From the human T2T-CHM13v2.0 reference genome, Homo sapiens: 64,000 nucleotides of DNA. Within the stretch, counting starts at the first letter, position 1, and each line of letters opens with the position of its first letter. The position numbers and the translations under genes were made by a program. Shown here piece by piece: positions 35,554 through 49,929 of this stretch. The stretch lies in NCBI RefSeq assembly GCF_009914755.1, contig NC_060939.1. One strand, 5' to 3'. The notes beneath the pieces are model-generated. The model ran no database searches. It saw only the letters and a program-made list of their open reading frames with translations, and was not told the origin of the DNA.

Positions 35554-37004
35554 CAGCAATTCTCAAAATATGGTCAGGATAACCCCGAGAGCCCCAAGAC
35601 CCTTTCAGGGATTCTGCAAAGTCAAACCTATTTTCATAGTAATACTAAGATGTTATTTACCGTTTTTTTCTTTCATTCTCTCACAGTGCGCAATGGAGTT
35701 TCCCAGAGGTGCCAAGACTTTTAAAGAAACCATCACTCTGATGGCTAATAGAATGTATGCATCTGTATTTTTATGTTTCCTAAAAGTTTTTAAGGTAGTT
35801 GATTTTAGGTATAAATTTGTGTGTATATAGGGATTAACTTAGTTTGTTCTCAGGACAGTACAGCAGTGTGTGTTCTTACAGTTAAAACTGCTATAATTTC
35901 TATAATTTCATTATTGTTCAATAAACCAATGTTTGAAATACTAAAGGTTTCCTTGTGCCTGCAAGGAAACACAAGAAATACACTGTTGTCTTACATGGCA
36001 ATAACATTTACATTTTTTTAAACTTTTATTCATTTTTAAATTTCTCTAAAACTATTCTATTTTGATAATATTTATACTGAAATAGAGAAGACTAACTTTC
36101 TCAACCCACTGCAGCAACAACCATGTCTAAAGATGCTGAAAAAGATGAAACCGATAACAGAGTTCTCTAACTTATGGAAAAGAGAAATATACTCTAAAAA
36201 ATACTGTGTGAAATAAATATATGAAAAAGTTATCTTTCTCTTAGGTTTACAGATGCTAATAATTTACCTTACTCTATCTTATGCAAAGGAAGTGATGACT
36301 ATTTTCAAAACAAACATTCAGAGTTGAGAGAAAACTAAACTGGATTTTATTTTAACATAAATGACATGAGTTTAAGAGCCAAAAGCTGTTATTTTAGCTT
36401 TTCAAGCTAGAAAAGAAAAAGTCACTGAAGAATCTTAAGTTATCATATTTCATTGGTTAGAGAAGTATAGTTGCTGAGAGACTAATAAAGGTGACATTGC
36501 TGAATTCCTGCTTTGAAAAATCAGGAAAACAAATCATGGCACTGTCACATTCCAGTGGTACGTAACTTGCTGAATAAAATATTTAGCTGTAAACATGAAT
36601 ATGAAGATAATATTTCATCTGCAAAATTATACTTTTGCCTGACAAGTCTGTAGACATGACTGTGTTTCCTGCTTTACTTCTATTGTCCAGTATTGATATC
36701 AAGGAATCACTGAAGAATATTTTTACATGAATCCTTGGCAATGAACACAAGTGGTGATGAAATACTCAAAAGGTTAAATAGCTTTTTGGAATCCCATGGT
36801 TTATTCTGGAAAAACCAAATTGACATTTGCACTGATGATGTGAAAATGATGGTGGGTAACACTGCCTTAGTGGTAGTTTCAAGTCAGTGGCACCAAACTC
36901 ACTGCATTCTTCATGGCCACATACTCACAGTTTTTTGTTGTTTTTTTTTTTTAAAGCCACTTTCACCTAAGGTCCTTGATAAAGCAGTAAGAATTATTAA
37001 CCTT

Positions 37005-37314
<310 letters not shown>

Positions 37315-37704
37315 TTAACCTTATTAAATCTTGACCTTGGATTACATGTATATTTAATATTCTGTGTGACAAACTGTGAAGAATGTAGAAAGCACTTCCA
37401 CTTCATACCAAAGTACAATGGGTTGTCTCGAGGGAAAGCACTTGTTTAATAGTTTGAGTTGCAAGCTGAACCAGGTACTTTTTTCATGAAACACAATTTT
37501 TACTTCAAAGAAAATCTGACAGGCATTTGCATTTTTCGCAGATATCTTACTGTGAATAAAGTGACCTCATCAATTCTGAGATAACAACTGATAGTATTTC
37601 TTATCAAGGACAAAATTTGAACTTTTAAGTGAAAATCAAAATTCTAAAACACTTGTACCGATGACTATGAGCTTTGAAGATTCTTCTAACAAGATGAACA
37701 AGAT

Positions 37705-38088
37705 GAGTGATGCACCACATAACAACAGTTTTTGGTCAACATTACACTGCATATATAAGGGTGGTCCCATAAAATTATAATGAATCTGAAAAATTCCTAT
37801 CACCTCAGTGATGTCATAGACATTGTAACATCATAGCACAACATATTAACTTTTTATGTTTAGATACACAAATACTATTTTACAATTGTCTACAGTATTG
37901 AGTACAGTAACATACTATACAGGTTTGTAGCCTAGCAGCAATAGGCTACCCCATATAGCCTAGGTGTTTAGTAGACTATGCCATCTAGGTTTGTGTAAGT
38001 ACACTCTATGATGCTTACACAATAACAAAATCGCCTAATGACACATTTCTCAGAATATATCCCTATTGTTAAGTGATGCATGCCTATA
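37705..38088 (+). mobile_element. Tigger3a/MER7-like TcMar MITE
   Basis: Ends resemble CAGTCATGCGCCGCATAACGAC...GGTGGTCCCATAAGATTATAATG and ...GTTAAGCGACGCATGACTG. About 380 bp. Confidence 0.8.
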
Positions 38089-38106
38089 TTAACGAACGTG
38101 ACTTTC

Positions 38107-41100
38107 TTTTTTAAGTCTTCAATTTTATTTGTTTTAAACAGCAACTAACAGCTTGGAAATGTCCCTAACAGTTAGGACCCGCCCCATGCATTCCAGAGGT
38201 TCCCCCACCAAGGCTGGGGTCCAGGTTCCAGGGACTCCCCCTCATCAGGCCTGATTTCTCTCTGGAGACTTGGGACAGAAAAGGCTGTCCAGTTAGAGGG
38301 GAAGTTGGCACTAAAGTTCACCATTTAGAAGGGTTGGGCTCAGACACAGCTGCCTTTGTTAGTCTTAAGATATTTTGAGAAGTGTCTGTTCGGAACAGAA
38401 CTTCTCAAAAGAAGACATTTATGCAGCCAAAAGACACATGAAAAAATGCTCATCATCACTGGCCATCAGAGAAATGCAAATCAAAACCACAATGAGATAC
38501 CACCTCACACCAGTTAGAATGGCAATCATTAAAAAGTCAGGAAACAACAGGTGCTGGAGAGGATGTGGAGAAAGAGGAACACTTTTACAATGTTGGTGGG
38601 ACTGTAAACTAGTTCAACCATTGTGGAAGTCAGTGTGGCGATTCCTCAGGGATCTAGAACTAGAAATACCATTTGACCCAGCCATCCCATTACTGGGTAT
38701 ATACCCAAAGGACTATAAATCATGCTGCTATAAAGACACATGCACACGTATGTTTATTGCAGCACTATTCACAATAGAAAAGACTTGGAACCAACCCAAA
38801 TGTCCAACAATGATAGACTGGATTAAGAAAATGTGGCACATATACACCATGGAATACTATGCAGCCATAAAAAATGATGAGTTCATGTCCTTTGTAGGGA
38901 CATGGATGAAATTGGAAATCATCATTCTCAGTAAATTATCGCAAGGACAAAAAAACCAAACACCGCATGTTCTCACTCATAGGTGGGAATCAAACAATGA
39001 GAACACATGGACACAGGAAGGGGAACATCACACTGTGGGGACCGTTGTGGGGTGGGGGGAGGGGGGGAGGGTTAGCATTAGGAGATATACCTAATGCTAA
39101 ATGACGAGTTAACGGGTGCAGCACACCAGCATGGCACATGTATACATATGTAACTAAATTGCACATTGTGCACATGTACCCTAAAACTTAAAGTATAATA
39201 ATAAATAAATAAATAAATAAAGATATTTTGAAATTTGGTAGCATGCTCAGATTGTGGGCATGGAGAGGGGCTCCTGAACTCCTCTCCAGCCTCACTCGCT
39301 CTTGGGCAAGCCTCATAGCACCCCTTCCTCTTGCTGGCTCAGCACGCTGCCTTTGGAAGAGGGACACCTTATAGCCTGGGTGCTCCAGCATTCCTTTGTG
39401 TGACCCGGTCAGCTGCAGGGAAGCATCCTCCCCTCAACTTCTCCTGGCCTAGACAGGGTACGGAATCAGAAAAGTGATGAAGATTCAGACCTGAGATACC
39501 CACCCCTTACCAACCCTTACCTAAAAGGGAATATTACAAGAACATCTCTTTGTGACTTGGAGGGGCAAACCTGGATATTTAAACCCCGAGGGTGGTAACA
39601 GCTGGGCCCTCAGGCTGGAGGCAGCTCAATGCATGCACTTAAGCAGCAGGAGCAGCTCAGCGGGACGGTAGAGCCTACAGGGCTGGACCTGGACCCCCCA
39701 CTGCCATCCACACCCATGGTAACCATGGAAACATAATCACTCTGCTCCTGCCAGCTGTCTGGGTTCAGACAACCAGGACTGGCCCACTTCCATTAAGCCA
39801 AGGCCTAAACTGATGCCAGGCTGGCCACAGAGTGGTTGCAGGAGGAACTGGGATTGGGTGATTTGGTCAGTCCAGGCTTCCCAGCACAGCTTGGGAGGAC
39901 TACCACAGGAGCCTCCACACCTTGCTGTCTGGGCTGAGGTCAGACAGGGCTTTGTCAGCCAGCACAGTGGCCATCAGAGCCAGCCAAATTGCCCTGATGC
40001 CCTCTGCCTGTGAGCTAACAGCTATTGTGTGGCAGTAGCCCTTGCTGCAGCAGCAAAAGCCTCTGTGTCTCATTGAGGGGACTCTCTGGCTGGTGCTCTG
40101 CCTGCCCTGGCTGCTCAGCCAGCCCTCCAGGGGTGAGGATGTATCAACATTCACTGGGAGTGCCACCCACTGTCCCCATGCCACTGCCATCCCCAGATCC
40201 ACTGTAGGGCTGATCCCCGCTAGGCAGCTCCAGGCTGCCTCCCACAGTGGGCTCCTTGGCTCTCTCGATGTTGATGTATAAGGGGTCCTGGCTGGCGGAT
40301 AGCACAGACAGCTGGCCCAGAATGTTCTCCAGTTCCATTCGCAGACAAGTAAAGCTTGGGCGCTGCTTGGGGTCAGCACTCCAGCACTGGTACATGAGAT
40401 CATACAAAAGGTCGTCTGAAGGCCTAAGGAGACCTTGGCTTGGATGGAGTGGGAGTGTAAGAACGTCCTCCATACACTCTGGAAGCTGTTTCAGGTGATT
40501 CCCGCCAATGAGGTAGTTGTAAATCTCAGTGTTTTCGATACCAGCGTATGGTGTCTGCCCACGTGTCATGATCTCCCACATGGTCACCCCGAAGGCCCAC
40601 ACATCACTGTGCACAGTATACAGGTTGTCAGCCAGGCTCTCCAGGGCCAGCCACTTGACGGGCAATTTGGAGGCACAGCCCTAACAATAGTAGCCCCGCT
40701 GTAGATCTTCCAGGAGAGTCCAAAGTCAGCCACACACACGGTCATGTCCCCTGCCAGCATGCAGTTCCGAGCGGCCAGGTCTCGGTGGATGAAGTTCCGA
40801 GAGCTCAGGTACTCCATGCTGCAGGCAATGTCCACCATGAACCGGATCAGGGTAAAGGGGTTCTCCCCAAGCCAGGAGGTGAGCAGGAAGGCGTGCAGGT
40901 CCCCATGCTTCATGAAGGGCAAGATGACCACGGGGATGGGGTGACAGCCTTTAGCCCTGCTCCAGAGGCTCAGAGGCTTACCCCAACAAGTTTGGCCACA
41001 TGTGGATGGTCAAACTCCTTCATGCAAGCTGCTTTCCTGAGGAACTCTTCAATGTCACTTGAGGCAATGAGATCAGCTTTCAGCATCTTCATAGCCACTT

Positions 41101-42775
41101 TCACAAAGGAGCCATCCTCCTGCTTCAGCTGGGCCTACCGCACTGAACCAAACTCTCCTTTGCCCTATATCCAGCCAGGGTGAACTGCTGCTCTGGGATG
41201 AGCACATCCTCCAGTTTTTCCTTTAGTTCGCTGTTGATGCCCAAGCTTTCCAATGTGGCCTCGATGCACTTGGGCCTTTCTTGATTGAAGGACCGGGCTG
41301 CCCAGAAGTGAATGGCTGGCTCTCCCCGGGAAATGACACTGTCAAAGCCTTGCCCAAACCACGTCTCTTTCGGTCTCTTTTGAAGCAAGATGAGGGCCAG
41401 GGCAGCAGCCGTCACCAGGGCCGTTAGCACACCAAGGACCACAGGTACCCAGGATGTGCGGCTGTGAGGAGGGCCCTTCTGGCCTGCATGGTCATGAGAA
41501 GAGACCACCAGTGGCTGACTCCAGGGTCCACAGCCAACTGCACTGGAGACACACACACGTACGATCAGGCCCTTTTGGGGATCCCAGCCTGTCAAATTGG
41601 CCCTGGTCCCCTCCATTGTCAGCTCATCCTGGGTTCCATTGTCTTAAACCCAGGACAGTTTATAGGGTCCCAGGGGGCCTTCCAAAGGGCCCTCGGGGAT
41701 CACTTCTTCCCACTCCAAGATGAGGCCTGAATCTGTGTGGATGGCATGGAGGTTTTGGGGAGCGCTGGCTGGGGCTAGACCCTTGGTCTGAAAGGGCACC
41801 CAGTCAGCATAAGGAGAGGGCCCCAAAGCATTGGCACAGCACACCCTGAGGCTGTAGCTGGTGGCAGGCACCAGGTCCCGGAGCAGGCAGGTAAAGGGGG
41901 GCACAAGGACCACAACAGCCAGGACTTCCCAGCCTCCTGGGGCCTGTGTCACCTGAACTGTACAGGACTGCAGCAGGGCTCGGCCATCAGCACCTGGCAT
42001 CCAGGCCACACTAGTGTTGCCGCTGGAAAGCTTTGTCACGGTGATGTTGAAGGGGACTGCAGGCAGTGCTTGAAGGAGAACAGTGGCTATGCGAGAAGAG
42101 GCCAGGCATTTTAGGCTGTGAACTTCACAGGAAAACATGGGTGCTCTGGGTCACCCCTGTTACATTTAAAACAAATGGAGAGGGAGCAGGTCCCCCGATC
42201 TTCGTAGTTCCTCTCCACCAGACAATGGTAACAGGTTCAGGGGGACCCACAGCCTTGCAAGACAGTTGGAAAGGGGCATTGGGTGGCACTGCCAGATCTT
42301 TTGGCTCCACTGTGAAAAGTGGCACACCTACTACCGTGAGCCACACTGGCTGGGAGATCTGGGTTTCGCCCCCATCCACCTTGCACCAGTACTGGCCCGT
42401 GTCAGAGCGCTCCACTGACTTCAGGCTGAGGAAGCCGATCCAGTGCTGCTCGCTGACTGGGATGAACCAGTTCTGGACCACAGACCCATCCTTCACCCAC
42501 TGGATGTCAGGCTCCTCCATCCCCTCCATGCTGCAGCTGAGCTTTACCAGCTGCCCCTGGGACACTGTCAGCTTTGCCGGGACTCCCACGAGCTTCAGAC
42601 CTGCCTGCAGCTGCGGACTCTGGGAGCAGCAGAGAAGTCAGAGCCGCCAGCAGCAGCCCCAGCTGCTGTGGCGGCAGCAGCAGGAGCCCCAGCCGCCCCA
42701 TGCTGTGCCTCAGCACCATCTGTGGTGATGCCATACCATGCCAGGCCCGGCCCACGAGTGAGGAGGGAGGAGGGC
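38107..42775 (-). pseudogene. TYRO3P: TYRO3 processed pseudogene (short 5'UTR, whole CDS equivalent 42719->40015, 3'UTR, poly(A) remnant)
   Basis: Intronless fragments match TYRO3: signal peptide, 2 Ig, 2 FN3, TM (WVPVVLGVLTALVTAAALALIL) and kinase ([18 protein letters not shown]). Multiple stops and frameshifts. AATAAA at 38129-38124 and an A-tail remnant at 38112-38107. TSD cgaacgtgactttct (38093-38107) / tgaatgtgacttttt (42776-42790) next to a TTTT/A L1 endonuclease site. Confidence 0.97.
38379..39219 (+). mobile_element. 5'-truncated young primate L1 (L1PA3-like) inserted in the TYRO3P 3'UTR
   Basis: ORF2 C-terminus ([16 protein letters not shown]...[12 protein letters not shown]...), L1PA 3'UTR with G-tract, (TAAA)n tail. 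TSD aagatattttga at 38367-38378 and 39220-39231. Confidence 0.93.
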
Positions 42776-42974
42776 TGAATGTGACTTTTTATATCGACAA
42801 ATGTGTCAACATTTGGAAGATCTTCATAACTCAGTAAACCATTATTTTCTAAATGAACAATGCATAATATTATAAAGTGGTAAAATATTCACTCAGGCCA
42901 GGTGCAGTGGTTCACACCTGTAACCCCAGCACTTTGAGAGGCCAAGATAGGTGGATCGCTTGAGCCTAGGAGAC

Positions 42975-43995
<1,021 letters not shown>

Positions 43996-44019
43996 TGTGT
44001 CAGGACGGCCCCGGTAGGC

Positions 44020-44355
44020 ACCAGTGGCCTTTGGAACATGTCTAAACTTGCTGGCTCCTTGCTTCTAGCACTCCCCTTATCTCAAGTAGCCATATGTTTC
44101 AAAGAAAATGCTACACCATCATAGCTGTAGCTCATTTGCTTGATATACCACTTCCTTTCAACCCCCACATCCTCACCACCTGTTTCTTTGTTTGATCACC
44201 AATAAATAGTGTGGGCTTCCAGAGCTTGCGGCCTTTGCAACCTCCATACTAGCGTTGGCCCCCTGGTCCCACTTTCTTTCATCTTTTCTCATTCCTTTGA
44301 CTCCGCCGGACTTTGTAGCCCCCATGGCCTGGTGTTGGGTCTGATCACCCCAATA
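44020..44355 (+). mobile_element. 5' LTR, missing its first ~105-110 bp
   Basis: Aligns with 50368-50711 from agtggcctttggaacatg to gatcaccccaa(t/c)a. Contains AATAAA. Confidence 0.92.
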
Positions 44356-44359
44356 TTCA

Positions 44360-44377
44360 TGGCACCCAACATGGGGC
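44360..44377 (+). promoter_or_regulatory. Retroviral primer-binding site (tRNA-Lys type)
   Basis: tggcacccaacatggggc just after the 5' LTR. Equals TGGCGCCCAACGTGGGGC with two CpG-type changes. Confidence 0.9.
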
Positions 44378-44503
44378 GACAAAGACCACAGTGAAGGAAC
44401 GCTAGAGCATGTGAAAGCGGAGGATGCATCGTCAGAGGACACCCAGGGACGACTGAAAGAAGCTCGGTGAGGAAGCTGAGCGCTTGGAAGAACCAGGGTA
44501 ACA

Positions 44504-46132
44504 ATGGGATGAAGTTAAAGCAAACATTTTGCTTATTTGAATTTCTTAAGGCATTTATTACAAAGGGGAGTGAAAGTTAGTACTCAGAATTTGTTATCAC
44601 TCTTTAGTACAGTAAAGCAGTTTTGCCCATGGTTTCCGGAACAAGGGACTATGGAGTTGGATGAATGGGAGACAACGGGAAGAGATTTTAAAAAGGTGTA
44701 TAAAGACAGAGCAAAAATTCCAGTTTCCATTTGGTCAGTGTGGGCACTAATAAAGGTAGCTCCTGAGCCATTTCAAACGATGATGAGGCAGATTCAGATG
44801 AGGAAGAGGAGGACGAGTGTAAAAAACTAACTTCAGATTCTGAGTGTGAGAAACAGCTACCGGAGGAGATTAAAGAAAAGAAAGGAAAACTAAAAAAAGT
44901 ATGTTTTACTAGCCCATCAGCTCCACCTGCTGAATTAAGTGAATGGCCACCTCCTCTCTCCCCCTTACTGGGTGAGAAAATGAATCAGCTGAAAAACTTA
45001 CTCCTCCTGTAGTTGCAACATTAAAACCTGGAGCAATTGGTGGTGCTATACAAAATTCTATTCAAAAAGCTAGAGCTGAGGGAGACCTTGAAGCATGGCA
45101 AACCCAGCAAGAAGGACAGAATATAGCTAATTGGGCCACTCTTCCTTTTAAGTTTTAAAGGAATTTAAGCAAGCCATTATTCAATATGAACCGAACTCTC
45201 CTTTTGTGAAAACTTTGTTGAAAAATGTGGCTCTTGATAATAGGTTAATACCATATGATTGGGATACTTTAACAAAATCTGTTCTCACTCCGTCCCAGTA
45301 CTTGCAGTTTAAAACATGGTGGGCTGAGGAAGCTCAAACTCAGGCAAGGGAAAACACACAAGTGCAGTCACCTGTGCTTGTTTCCTTTTAACAGTTACTG
45401 GGAGTTGGCCCTAATTGGGGTCGATTAGAGAATCAAGAAGTAATGGAGGGTGTTGCCATTGTTCAGCTGTGCTCTGTGTGCTTATGGGCATGGGAAAGGG
45501 TAAATGTTACAGGGGGAAAAATATCCTTCTTTCAGTTGTCTGACAAGGACCTAAAGAACCATATATTGATTTTATTGCTTGGCTCCAAGAGGCTGTGGCT
45601 GTATATAAAGCCATAACTGATAAAACAGCTCAGGATGTTATAATACAGCTTCTTGCATATGATAATGCTAATGCAGAGTGTCAAACTGCTATTAGACACC
45701 TGAGAGGGAAGGCTCATTTAGCTGAATATATTAAGGCTTGTGATGGCATTGGAGGTAACTTACATAAGGCTACTCTTTTAGCTAAGGCTATGGCTGGATT
45801 GAAAGTAGGAAAGAATATGTCCCGTTTCTCAGGCTCTTGGTTTAATTGTGGGCAATTTGGACACACAAAAAAGGAATGTAGAAATGGAAATCAAAAGGAA
45901 AAACCACTACCATCCATCAACAGAAAAGTCCTGGTGTATGTCCCTGGTGTAAGAAAGGCAATCACTGGGCAAATCAGTGCCATTCTAAATTTAGCAAAGA
46001 TGGACAACCTCTTTCAGGAAATAGGAAGAGGGGCCTGCCTTCGGCCCCTCAACAAACTGAGGCATATCCGGCACAGCCAGTGCCCTTAACAAACATACAG
46101 CTGTCCCCCGCCACAGCAGACAGTGCTGCCAT
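44504..46132 (+). pseudogene. HERV-K gag (disrupted)
   Basis: MA-like FCPWFPEQGT..LDEW, CA-like QLLAYDNANAECQ, NC knuckle FNCGQFGHTKKEC. Stops and frameshifts present. Confidence 0.9.
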
Positions 46133-46899
46133 AGACCTCTGCAGCACAATTCCTGTCTCCTTCCTAGGGAGCCACCAAAGAAGGTCCCCATGGGAGTTAG
46201 GGGACCCTTACCCTCAGGAACAGTCAGTCTATTACTTGGAAGTTCTAGTCTAAATTTAAAAGGTGTCACTGTGCATATGGGAATAATTGACTCTGATCAT
46301 ACCAGAGAGATTCAACTAGTTATTAGTTCCTCGACTCCGTGGTCTGCCTCCCCAAGAGAATGAATTGCTCAGTTGTTGCTGCTACCCTACATAAAACTAG
46401 GAAGCAGCACAGTGAAGAGAACAGGAGGCTTTGGTAGTACTAATCCAGCAGGAAAAGCTTTATATTGGGTTAATCAAGTGTCTGATAAAAGACCTATTTG
46501 TATAGTAACTATTCAGAGAAAGGATTTTGAAGGACTAGTAGATACTGGAGCTGATGTCTCTATTTATTGCTTTAAATCAATGGCCTCGACACTTGCCCAG
46601 ACAAAAGACTTCCACGGGTATCGTTGGCGTAGGGACTGCCTCAGAAGTTTTTCAAGTCCCTTGATTTTACCATGTCAAGGGCGGGATGGCAGGGACAATC
46701 CAACCTATTATTACACCTATTCCTGTCAATTTATGGGGTAGAGACTTATTGCAACAATGGGGTGCTGAAATATCTATTCCTATGGATCAATATAGTGATA
46801 TTAGTGGACAAATGATGAAAAATATGGGATATTGCTCAGGAGAAGGACTAGGAAAAAATAAAAATGGCCAATCAGAACCTTCAGAAGGACAAACAGATC

Positions 46900-46925
<26 letters not shown>
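46090..46925 (+). pseudogene. HERV-K dUTPase-protease (disrupted)
   Basis: dUTPase motifs (GIIDSD, RTGGFGST), aspartyl protease LVDTGAD and NLWGRDLL, G-patch MMKNMGY..GEGLGKN. Confidence 0.9.
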
Positions 46926-49025
<2,100 letters not shown>

Positions 49026-49929
49026 AGGTTTAAGGATTGCTTTTTTGCAATACTATTGCACAAGAAGGATAAGCCTCGATTTGGTTTCTCTATGCCTTCT
49101 GTTAATCAGAAAAAGCCTGCTTCTCATTACCAATGGTAACTTTTACCCCGCAGTAATTAACCAAAGAGGCAGAAGCTGAGTTACAAATGCTTCAGCAATG
49201 GCATGCCTCCCAGCTACAGCAAAAAAAAAAAAAAAAAGCCTTTGCTTCTGTTTCAGTAGATTTACTAATGTAGGGGTGAGGGTATGTTTGTACTTTTGCA
49301 GGAGATGAAAAAACTGTGTGGGTGCCCTCAAGGTGTGTATGACCATGGAGCGGGAGACTGGAGGGACCCATGGATCCCAACCATGGACCGGGTTCCCCCA
49401 GTACAAGCCATGAGCCAGGTCAATCTGAATACGAAGACGGAACGAGGACCAACCAGAGTCATGCTGACATCAACCCCCATAACATGGGACAGATCAAGAA
49501 AACCACACAGGAAGCTGAGAAACTGCTGGAGTGCCAGGATTTTACCTTTTGCTGGGATTCAGAGCTACAACAGATGCTTAATGGACCAATGTTTTCTGAC
49601 TGAATTCCTCTCTACCCTTCTACCCTAAATACAAGAGACCCTAACAGGTAGGCAGGAATATCATCACCCCTATTCAGCATGAAGAAGTTACAGAAGACAG
49701 ACCTCCATCCTTCTGCAACCCTTAGAATTAAGGGTCCTCTTGTAAAAGGGAAAGAGGAAATATGTAAGAGGCATTCAAACCAGAGTGACTCCATTTTGAA
49801 TAAGGGCTAAGAAAAATGAAGCTGGATCACCAACAGGCAATTAAGAGCTGCACAGCCTGCAATTGCCTTGCTCAATTAATTCAAAAACAAAAAGAGGACC
49901 TTTTGGATTCAAAGTTGTGTTATGTTACT

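Noticed and set aside
38375-39094. Longest ORF in the window (239 aa) as a novel gene
   Set aside because: It is the L1 ORF2 C-terminus running into the 3'UTR, begins at a non-ATG codon in the TSD, and is open only because the element is young.
42455-42480. 9-nt loss in TYRO3P Ig1, and an 8-nt duplication near 40963-40978, as further splice fossils
   Set aside because: Neither lies at a recalled exon boundary. They look like ordinary post-insertion indels.
42066-42728. 220-aa plus-strand ORF
   Set aside because: It is the antisense shadow of GC-rich TYRO3 coding sequence, with no independent protein signature.
40144-42755. TYRO3-like ORFs as a functional retrogene
   Set aside because: There is a frameshift right after the signal peptide and further stops and frameshifts in the Ig, FN3 and kinase regions. 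No intact receptor or kinase can be made.
44360-44377. tRNA gene
   Set aside because: It is only the 18-nt primer-binding site complementary to tRNA-Lys, with no tRNA body.
45595-46089. 164-aa Gag ORF as a domesticated gene
   Set aside because: It is an internal CA/NC fragment with a non-ATG start, a mutated first knuckle cysteine and a frameshift before the second knuckle.
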